The position numbers were made by a program, and so were the translations under genes. A stretch of DNA of 63,752 nt, the filler included, from Octopus bimaculoides (lineage: Eukaryota), in the NCBI RefSeq assembly GCF_001194135.2. It is 5 parts of 5 records of this genome, joined end to end, with 100 filler letters (N's around TTAATTAATTAA, not from the genome) between each part and the next. Parts side by side here need not be neighbours in the genome. Positions count along the whole stretch, not along the records: positions 54,362 to 62,541 come from NC_068998.1; positions 62,642 to 63,752 come from NW_026431003.1; 3 more parts are not named here. One strand, given 5' to 3'. Within the stretch, counting starts at the first letter, position 1, and each line of letters starts with the position of its first letter. Below the pieces are notes generated by a model. It was not told the origin of the DNA. It was given only the letters and a program-made list of their open reading frames with translations, and did not search any database. Positions 55,101 to 63,752 of the stretch are shown in pieces.

Positions 55101-56655
55101 TTTTATATATATATATATGCTTATATACGAACATACATACATATATGACATATATGCCTATGTACGAACATGCACACACACACATTTAAACAAGGAGAGA
55201 CAAAGAAGAAGGAAGGAGAAAACGAGAGAAGCATAGAAACGGCTGACGTCAATAAGTCAGTGTCGAATCAGTGACGCCAAATAAGTAGTGCCAGACTGCT
55301 ATGCCAACATGTCTCATCTGCCTTCTTGTTAATGACACTTCATAGAAAAATACTGATAGCCCACGTAACCGGACTCTCATCAGTTGTGTACCGGCTGTTA
55401 TTGATTCCTGGTCTTACGTGCAATGTGAAGAACGAATCAATAAATTAAAAAAGTCAATGAAACGTGTGTGTCCAGTGCAGCTGTTGGGAAGGCAGGAGCG
55501 TAGTTGGAAGGGATCAGGTGGAATCGGGAGGGATCTAGACGAAAGTTGGTCGGGGTTGAACAGAGTGGTCTGACCCACGGGCGACGCTTTTATGAGGGCT
55601 GCAGTTTTGAGTCTGCTGTATAGTTCTGAATAGGATTTGAGACCCAGGTGGCGGGCAGCAAACTCAAGAACTACCCCGGGTGGCACATACTCTAGCTATA
55701 CCAATGCGCTAAAAGAAACCGGATGACCATTGACGATATAATGAAAAACACTCTTTATCTGGCGTATTAATCTGTGCAGTATATAGCAGCTAAATCTCCC
55801 TCAAATCACAGCCATTTCACATAGAAGAATAAATAAATAAAGGAAACATTATATTAGGGGTCGGAAAAGTAGTTAATATGGAACCCTGGGGATGAGTCTA
55901 TGAGGCCATGCAAGGGGTTCTAGATTTTTGGCTGAGAATATCAATAAAACAGAAAGCAAATATATATTCTTTGGTTTGGGTAAATAACCGGTGCTGCATA
56001 TTTTTTGTGAACACACACACACACACACACACACGTCTAGTAATTAAGGAAAACTAAGGAGTCCTCTCCCTTATAAATTTCTATTTTAAGAGTTATCTCC
56101 CTTACATGACTTGCTGTATTCTTTATTTGAGATAAAAAATTTACAAAAACAAACAAACATTGTATTTTTTAATCTACAATTAAAAAATATTTTTTAATAA
56201 CCTAGGTATTTAAATTGCGAGAAAGTATACTTCATGTATTCCTGGTGAGAAGTTTTCGTTATCTGAAAAAAACAACAACANNNNNNNNNNNNNNNNNNNN
56301 NNNNNNNNNNNNNNNNNNNNNNNNNNNNNNNNNNNNNNNNNNNNNNNNNNNNNNNNNNNNNNNNNNNNNNNNNNNNNNNNNNNNNNNNNNNNNNNNNNNN
56401 NNNNNNNNNNNNNNNNNNNNNNNNNNNNNNNNNNNNNNNNNNNNNNNNNNNNNNNNNNNNNNNNNNNNNNNNNNNNNNNNNNNNNNNNNNNNNNNNNNNN
56501 NNNNNNNNNNNNNNNNNNNNNNNNNNNNNNNNNNNNNNNNNNNNNNNNNNNNNNNNNNNNNNNNNNNNNNNNNNNNNNNNNNNNNNNNNNNNNNNNNNNN
56601 NNNNNNNNNNNNNNNNNNNNNNNNNNNNNNNNNNNNNNNNNNNNNNNNNNNNNNN

Positions 56656-56713
<58 letters not shown>

Positions 56714-57279
56714 TAGAGAGAATAAGAGACAGAAGGAGAGAGAGAGAGAAAGTAAACGAGAGGGTGAAACATCGAGAGAGTGAGAGGGAGGGAGAGATTG
56801 AAAAGACAGAAATAGATACAAATGGCGTGAAAAGGAGAGGAAAGGGAGAGAGAGAGAGAGAAAGAAAAAGAGGGAGAGAAAGAGAAAGAGAAAGAGAGAG
56901 AGAGATGAAATATACATAAACGCAAATATATAGAAAGTAAAACATCGAATGACCACCACATTTATTGGCGTGACTAAAAAGCTTGAGTAGGATTCGCGAA
57001 TCATATAAAGACACATACGACCTTTAAAGCTAAACTACAAAGCTTCTCATTTCTCTCTCTCTCTCCTACACACTTCACCTCACTATTTTGTACTTTAGTG
57101 GTTTATAAAAAACACCTTTGTTACGTTTTACTTCATTCAGTAAACATATGCTTTTGTTCTCTAGGGTACGGTAAAGAATTTTGTATTTTTTTCCTTTCAA
57201 ACGAACTACTTTCCCAGCTGCTTTGCATGAATAGAGATTGAAGAGAATCTCTCTCTTTCTCTCTCTCTCTATGTATATA

Positions 57280-57384
57280 CGAAGCGTGTATGAAAAGATT
57301 TGAGCCTTGAAGTCTTGTACCTCATCAGAAGTCTTGTATCATGTTTTGTTTTTTTGAGGCTCAAGACTTTCCATACACCCCTCG
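57280..57384. mobile_element. 105-bp mariner-type MITE
   Basis: TA|CGAAGCGTGTATGAAAAGATTTGAGCCT...AGGCTCAAGACTTTCCATACACCCCTCG|TA. Confidence 0.65.
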
Positions 57385-57913
57385 TATGTATCTCTCTCCA
57401 CACCAAATCAATTTTTTACTTTTTGCAAATTTTTATTCTTGGTAATCCTTAGAGAAAAAACAGAGTAATCTTTAAGAATTTTACCCATCACCTCAACACT
57501 TTCAAAAAGCTACAGACTCCCAATGTTTCACATTTAGCTTTTTGGAACGCAGGGAAGTTTCTTCAGAAATGATGTCGTTTACCTGTTGTTTCTAGCATGT
57601 CGAGTTTACTGGTGGTGGTCTGGTATTTTTTAAGTCTACTATTTCAAAAGAATTCTACGTAGGCGAGAAACATCAGACAGAGGTGAAAGATTGGGAGATT
57701 TTAGCTTTTTGAAGGCAGTTAGCTTATTCATAATAATTTGTCCGAAACGTATTCCGATCGCATTAACTGCATATTAGTGTACATTTATATACAGTGATTT
57801 ATGCATTAATAGTACGATCTCTTAAGGGCATATAAGTATGATTTTGTTCGTACTAATAATGCATAAATCGCTGCATATAAATAAGCAAATTCTTCATTCT
57901 CCTTATTATCAAT

Positions 57914-57944
<31 letters not shown>

Positions 57945-57948
<4 letters not shown>

Positions 57949-58300
57949 TCAAATTCTGCCGAGGTCGACTTTGCTTTTCATCCTTTCGGGGTCGATTAAA
58001 TAAGTACCAGTTACGCTCTAGGGTCGATATAATCGACTTAATCCATTTGTCTGTCCTTGTTTGTCCCCTCTATGTGTAACCCCTTGTGGGCAGTAAAGAA
58101 ATAAGAAACGTTAGCACACCGGACGAAATGCTTAGTGGTGTTTCATCAGTCTTTATGTTCTGAGTTCAAATTCCGCCGAGGTCAACTTTGCCTTTCATTC
58201 TTTCGGGATCGATAAATTAAGTACCAGTTGCGTAACTGGGGTCGATCTAATCGACTGGACCCCTCCCCAAAAATTTCGGGCCTTGTGCCTAGAGTAGCAA
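57945..58300 (+). mobile_element. SINE family B dimer (tail-1 unit followed by tail-2 unit)
   Basis: Same junction as the 22662 copy, at about 58103. Confidence 0.88.
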
Positions 58301-58414
58301 AGACTAAACGAAGCAAATAAAAAAATATTAAAGATAAAAGACACACATACAAATATATCTCAGACCAAATGAAGACAGGCTCATTTGTTTTCACCTGGAT
58401 GATTAATACTACGA

Positions 58415-58420
58415 TTTATT
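58415..58420 (-). terminator. Candidate polyadenylation signal AATAAA of the minus-strand gene
   Basis: tttatt on + strand, about 34 nt after the stop codon. The hexamer is common in AT-rich DNA. Confidence 0.35.
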
Positions 58421-58453
58421 CAGGTATTAACTGAAGTGGCCTTTATCTAAGGA

Positions 58454-58639
58454 TTAACTGAATAGATCTTCAATGTCGGCCATAAGAGCATCCTGGGTCT
58501 TTTTCTTCAGATGTTCTATATATCTTTTGTTCGGATGGTATTTTATTGCATTGAATTTACCCATAACAATTGAAGTACCTGTCCGTTTCCATAAAAGTCG
58601 AACATATGTGCGGCGAACGAGCACCTTGATGACAAAAAC
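58454..58639 (-). CDS. Terminal coding exon D: VFVIKVLVRRTYVRLLWKRTGTSIVMGKFNAIKYHPNKRYIEHLKKKTQDALMADIEDLFS*
   Basis: Poly-T tract plus CAG acceptor (58642-58640); 186 nt ending in TAA at 58456-58454; phase 0. Confidence 0.88.
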   Translation of the reverse strand, partial: VFVIKVLVRRTYVRLLWKRTGTSIVMGKFNAIKYHPNKRYIEHLKKKTQDALMADIEDLFS

Positions 58640-58879
58640 CTGAAAAAAAAAAAAAAAAAGGAAAGAAAGTGATGTTAAAAAATGTATAGGCAAGATAAAA
58701 GCGTACAGGCGCTAAGTATTGTATTAGGCTACTCAGAATATATAGGCTACATAAAGTGTATTGGTGATGAGGAATTTATTAGTAATAAAATGTATATAGG
58801 CAATAAGAAAAATGTATAGCAATCATGTATGGAATAGACAATAAAGAATCTATAGGTTACACCGAATGTATACTCTTTT

Positions 58880-59078
58880 ACACTTTTACTTGTTTCAGTC
58901 ATTTGACTGTGGCCATGCTGGAGCACCGCCTTTAGTCGAGCAAATCGACCCCAGGACTTATTCTTTGGAGGCCTAGTACTTATTCTATCGGTCTCTTTTG
59001 CCGAACCGCTAAGTTACGGGGGCGTAAACACACCAGCATCGGTTGTCAAGCGATGTTGGGGGAACAAACACAGACATA

Positions 59079-59162
<84 letters not shown>

Positions 59163-59255
59163 CATATATACGACGGGCTTCTTTCAGTTTCCGTCTACCA
59201 AATCCACTCACAAGGCTTTGGTCAGCCCAAAGCTATAGTAGAAGACATTTGCCCA
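58880..59255 (-). mobile_element. SINE family A with internal (CA)n, in the intron between exons C and D
   Basis: Core through the CCAGCATGGCCACAGTCAAATGACTGAAACAAGTAAAAG tail; head absent. Confidence 0.9.
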
Positions 59256-59282
59256 GTAAGAAACGCAAAGAGAAGTATTTAC

Positions 59283-59498
59283 CTGAAAATAAGGACGATA
59301 GGCGTCTGGAAATCGTAGAATTGCCATATCCATCACCACGGCTGTTTGGGTGTCCCTCTCAAGGATCAGATGTTCTATATCATATTTAAATGCTTGTGTT
59401 GCTGCAACCAAAGCTATCTCTCTAATGTCTATTTTCGTCTCACGAAGTATCGTTGAATCTTGAATAAATCTGTAGAACCAGCTTTCGATATTGTTTAC
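59283..59498 (-). CDS. Coding exon C: VNNIESWFYRFIQDSTILRETKIDIREIALVAATQAFKYDIEHLILERDTQTAVVMDMAILRFPDAYRPYFQ
   Basis: Acceptor ctttatttacAG|GTA and donor CAG|GTAAAT; 216 nt, phase 0/0, open frame. Confidence 0.88.
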
Positions 59499-60111
59499 CT
59501 GTAAATAAAGATTTTGATTATTTTATATACAACCAACTACATCGACATGCAGGGTGCAGAAGAAAAAGCTCTCGTATTTTACCTTTTATTATTGTAAAAC
59601 TACTGAAGTTAGACAGATAATTACAATGTCTTAATTGAAGTAATGGCTTAAGGCGGCGAGCTGGCAGAAACGTTAGCACGCCGGGTGAAATGCTGAGCGG
59701 TATTTCGTCAAATTCACCGCAGAAAATTATTTCGTGCAGAATTATGTCCGGTATTTGGCGCGCCAAAACGAAGACTTTTGAAATATAACTCCAAATGTAA
59801 TTGGTAGAACTATATACACGTTCAATATCATGCGGACGTCTCGTGTATAGTTCTGCAAATTATATTGCAAAGGACGATCATACTGAAGAGTTGCAGACAA
59901 TTATGTAAGTAATTACGTAAGTAGTTAATAAAGAAACCAGTCTATGATTAATTCTTTATATTTCGTATCTTTTCATTTGTCTTGCTCACTTACGTCCTGG
60001 TGTTTGCTGAATTTTCTTGAGAACAATCTTTTCTTAGTGGTCAGACCGTAGGTGGTCTTCTTCTAGCAAAAGGGATGTCCACTTAGTGATCATCCCTCGT
60101 ATATGTATGTA

Positions 60112-60158
<47 letters not shown>

Positions 60159-60163
60159 TGTGT

Positions 60164-60204
<41 letters not shown>

Positions 60205-60282
60205 TGTATGTGCGTGTGTGTGGTTGTTTGTGTCTGGGTCTGTGTGCATGAATGTATAAACACAAATTTGTGAAATTCTCAC

Positions 60283-60474
60283 CATTGTATAGTCGATGTC
60301 TTTGAATAATTTCGCGACATCATCTCTCTCGAACTTTATCATTCCTTCATGGAAGCCGTCCCGTGTGCTGTTAAACATTTTTAAATATGGAACTTCGTCA
60401 AAATAGTCCAGCAGTTCTTCCCAGCTTGAAACTTTCATATCTTTTATAGCTTTCATCACTCCGCTCACCATCAT
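60283..60474 (-). CDS. Coding exon B: MMVSGVMKAIKDMKVSSWEELLDYFDEVPYLKMFNSTRDGFHEGMIKFERDDVAKLFKDIDYTM
   Basis: Acceptor ttctgttttcAG|ATG and donor ATG|GTGAGA; 192 nt, phase 0/0; complex non-repetitive sequence. Confidence 0.88.
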
Positions 60475-60574
60475 CTGAAAACAGAATATAAATAAGAAAA
60501 AGCATAAACAAATAGAATAAAAATTAAAAGTATAGAAAAAATTCGTCTTCTATTTGCTTTTACCATAAGAATGG

Positions 60575-60800
60575 GGCCATGCTGGAGCACTGCTTTGAAC
60601 AAATAGACTCCAATACTTAATATATCGGTCTTTTTTTTTACCGAACCCTTAAGTTATGGGATGTAAACAAACCAGCACCGATTGTGGAAGGGTTGTGGGG
60701 ACCAAACACATACAGACACAAAGGACCCCACACAGAGATATATACGTATATGCAACAGGCTTCTTTCAGTTTCCGTCTACCAAATCCCACACCGGATGTC
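60575..60800 (-). mobile_element. Degenerate SINE family A, intronic
   Basis: ATTTGGTAGACGGAAACTGAAAGAAGCC and GCTCCAGCATGGCC on the minus strand. Confidence 0.75.
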
Positions 60801-60857
60801 AAGTGGTGAAAGACAAACACACACGCACACGCACACACGCACAATTACATACATACA

Positions 60858-61082
60858 TAGAAGACTATTCAAAAAGAATGAACCGATTTCATTTCGCAAT
60901 ATTCTAATAAGGAAAAGCAATAGAAAACTCCAGCTAAATCACAAGTATTTACTCACAGTCAACTTTTATTTCCTGCCAATATTTCAATGTGTTCAATATG
61001 GCCACCACCTGCAGCATGGGCAACATCAATGCGATAAGAGAATCCCTCCCAGATGCGTATCAGAATATCACGATCCACTGGT
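60858..61082 (-). mobile_element. Mariner-family 3' fragment with terminal TIR, intronic
   Basis: VDRDILIRIWEGFSYRIDVAHAAGGGHIEH C-terminus and TIR-like GACTATTCAAAAAGAATGAACCGATTT. Confidence 0.65.
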
Positions 61083-61205
61083 ACTTCTTTGGCCGTCTGG
61101 TTGAATGCTTTATCCAAGTTTTTCCATTTCCCTTCTACGTCAATATCTTCTGGAATCGCCTCAAGCAAAGCAAATTTATTCTTTAGTTCCGTAATGAACT
61201 TGATT
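61083..61205 (-). mobile_element. RTE-like LINE linker fragment fused to the mariner fragment
   Basis: KFITELKNKFALLEA..DVEGKWKNLDKAFNQTAKEV resembles the RTE APE-RT linker. Confidence 0.5.
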
Positions 61206-61361
61206 TTGGTATGCTGATACGCGTCTGGATGCCAGGAAACTCTGAGCACTGCATGTGAGTCTCCATGTTTGTAACATTATATTATATTATATTATATTAT
61301 ATTGATATATATGTAAGTATATGTAAGTATGGATGGATGTATTCCGACTATCTGATCTTAC

Positions 61362-61555
61362 CTGTAAATATTTATCCATTAGTTTTAACGATTCAAAAGT
61401 CAGGTTACCAAACGTAGCTGCTATTTCAAATCTCGGATTAATTTCCCTTGTTTCGCCGGATTTTTGCAAGACATTCGCTGGATCAATCACATGAAGATTT
61501 TGACGAATTCTCTTTAGTATTTGTTGGTTCTTAGTTCCCGCCACGTTCCCAGCAT
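61362..61555 (-). CDS. Internal coding exon A of an uncharacterised minus-strand gene: (x)AGNVAGTKNQQILKRIRQNLHVIDPANVLQKSGETREINPRFEIAATFGNLTFESLKLMDKYLQ. Needs an upstream exon ending in phase 1.
   Basis: Polypyrimidine tract plus AAG acceptor (61558-61556); donor CAG|GTAAGA at 61362/61361; 194 nt = 2 nt + 64 codons. An in-frame TAA just 5' of the acceptor forces splicing. Phase 0 join to exon B. Confidence 0.75.
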
Positions 61556-61613
61556 CTTAACATGAAGAAAAGAATTAAGAAAAACAAGACATAAGGAATA
61601 CAAATACTTTGTA

Positions 61614-61647
<34 letters not shown>

Positions 61648-61667
61648 GGCAAATGAAAAACGGAAGA

Positions 61668-62235
61668 TGCACGGGATCTTTTTTAAAACGGGGGCCACAT
61701 TTTTCATTAACGAAACACTTTGAAACTTGGAACACTGGTAGAATGTGTCATATAAAACATCTTTTTCTCTTAGTCTTCTTAAAAAAAAAAGAAATCCATA
61801 AGTTATTCCATGTTAAATTTGTCGTATTTCTGTAATTTCAACCAATCACTGACGTCCATTCAGCTGATATACATTAAGTGCCGACTACATAAACACACGA
61901 TTCTGAAACAATTAACCCTAACCCTAAGGTTAGGGTTAAAGCAAATTTAAAATGAAAAAAGCAAATAAAACGAAGGTATGGAGATTAAATACGCTTTACA
62001 TCGCTTAATCAGCCAAAGGAGTAAATATAAACAACTGAATACTTGTCAGTGATTGGTTGAAATTATCGAAATAAGACAATTTTTTACATGAAATAAATTC
62101 GAATACAAAAACATTTTTCTGTTCTATAACACAAAATAGATAAGTATACGAAGTTTGAAAGTCTTTCCGTACCAAAAACACTACGTAAAACATTAATGAA
62201 AAATGTGGCCCCCGTTTTAAAATAGATCCGATGCA
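61668..62235. mobile_element. MITE-like element with 45-bp TIRs and a central telomere-like hairpin
   Basis: TGCACGGGATCTTTTTTAAAACGGGGGCCACATTTTTCATTAACG (61668-61712) versus the inverted copy at 62191-62235. Confidence 0.7.
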
Positions 62236-62372
62236 CGATGCTAGAATCTTTATAAATCACGACAAATGTTTCGGGTGGGACACTTAACAACTGGTTCAGG
62301 AGTATCCGGCAGGGTAGATGTATCTCATCCGGTGGTAAATAGATACAAAACGTAAAATAGCACATTTTATAC

Positions 62373-62541
62373 GCGTAGGAGTGTCTGTGTGGTAAGAAGC
62401 TTGCTTCCCAACCACATGGTACCGGGTTCATTCCCACTGCGTGGCACCTTGCGCAAGTGTCTTCTACTATAGCTTCGGGGCCCACCAAAGCCTAGTGAGT
62501 GGATTTGGTAGACGGAAACCGAAAGAATCTCGTCGTATATA
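62373..62541 (+). mobile_element. SINE family A, 5' half
   Basis: Matches the 19693 head and core; ends at a gap. Confidence 0.88.
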
Positions 62542-62641
62542 NNNNNNNNNNNNNNNNNNNNNNNNNNNNNNNNNNNNNNNNNNNNTTAATTAATTAANNN
62601 NNNNNNNNNNNNNNNNNNNNNNNNNNNNNNNNNNNNNNNNN

Positions 62642-63752
62642 CGAAGACGCACGAACGTTCCCGAAGACGCAAAAACGTCCCCAAAGACGCAGAAACCTTC
62701 CCAAATTGCGCAAAAACATTCCCGAAGACGGAAAAACGTCCCTAAGACCCAAAAACGTCCCCGAAGACGCAAATACGTTCCCGAAGACGCAAAAACGTTC
62801 CCTAAGATTCAAGAACGTTCTCGAGGAGGCAAAAACTATCCCAAAGACGCAAAAACGTTCCCAAATAAGCAAAATCGTTCCCGAAGACGCAAATACGTTC
62901 CCAAACACGCAAAAACCTTCCCAAAGACACAACAACGTTCCCGATTACGCAAAAACGGTCCCGAAAACGCAAAAACCTTCCCAAACACGCAAAAACCTTC
63001 TCGAAGTCGCAAAACCGTTCCCGATTACGCAAAAACGTTACCGAAGGTGTAAGAACGTTCCCGAAGACGCACGAACGTTCCCGAAGACACAAAAAAGTCC
63101 ACAAAGACGCAAATACGTTCCCGAAGACGCAAAAACTTTCCCTAAGAAGCAAATACGTTCCCGAATACGAAAAAACGTTCCGGAAGATGCAAAAACCTTC
63201 CCGAAGACACAAAAACGTTCCCGAATACGTAAAAACGTTCCCGAAGATGCAAAAACCTTCCCGAAGTCGCAAAACCGTTCCCGAAGACGCAAATACGTTC
63301 CCGAAGACGCAAATATGTTCCCTAAGACTGAAGAACGTTCCCGAAGACGCAAAAACGGTCCCGAAGACGCAAAAACCTTCCCAAACACGGAAAAATCTTC
63401 CCGGAGTCGCAAAACCGTTCCCGATTAGGCAAAAACGTTCCCGAAGGTGAAAGAACGTTCCCGAAGACGAACGAACGTCCCCGAAGACGCCAAAACGTCC
63501 CCAAAGACGCAAAAACATTCCCAAAGGCGCAAAAACTTTCCCGAAGTCGGAAAAACGTTCCCTAAGACGAAAAACGTCCCCGAAGACGCAAAGACGTTCC
63601 CGAACATGCAAAAACGTTCCCGAATACGTAAAAACGTTCCCAAATAAGCAAAAACGTTCCCGAAGACGCAAATACGTTCCCAAACATGCAAAAACCTTCC
63701 CAAAGACACAAAAACGTTCCCGATTACGCAAAAACGGTCCCGAAGACGCAAA
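62642..63752. repeat. 21-bp CpG-rich tandem satellite (consensus about CCCGAAGACGCAAAAACGTTC), truncated by the window edge
   Basis: About 50 diverged monomers; variant strings recur at offsets of about 400-420 and 780-820 bp. Confidence 0.95.

Noticed and set aside
55340-55400. Minus-strand CTGATGAGAGTCC with a partial stem
   Set aside because: No correctly placed GAAA, helix III or helix I partner.
62594-63751. Long ORFs (240 aa +, 309 aa - and others) with KNVPEDA/RERFCVF repeats
   Set aside because: These follow from a 21-nt satellite monomer lacking stops; frames shift arbitrarily and both strands are open. It is not a CRISPR array either, since there are no unique spacers.

Overview
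Eukaryotic, AT-rich, repeat-dominated animal scaffold segment with many N gaps. It is very likely from an octopod cephalopod; this is inferred from the SINE families and the extreme microsatellite density, not checked by a search. One well-supported host gene lies on the minus strand: four in-phase coding exons at 58454-61555, about 261 aa, with the 5' exon(s) missing and no assignable function. A weaker candidate first exon is at 34284-34707 (+). The rest is a mosaic of decayed elements: R4/Dong-like and HERO-like RLE LINEs, RTE LINEs, Penelope-like elements (PLEs), DD34D and DD41D mariners, MITEs, four tRNA-derived SINE families, microsatellites and a 21-bp satellite at the right end. The most notable signal is RNA structure, with three classes of hammerhead-ribozyme (HHR) motif. 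(i) A non-circularly permuted, pseudoknotted HHR sits at the 3' end of two divergent HERO-like elements and shows covarying helices (7888-7977, 50791-50864, decayed copy 49821-49894). (ii) Minimal dimer-type HHRs sit in PLE tails (46686-46767, 47562-47677). (iii) A minimal HHR sits in the tail of a tRNA-headed SINE (26450-26495). No rRNA, true tRNA gene or CRISPR array was seen. Most ORF-track entries are microsatellite or gap artefacts. Element boundaries are read by eye and are approximate unless TIR/TSD or splice sites are quoted.
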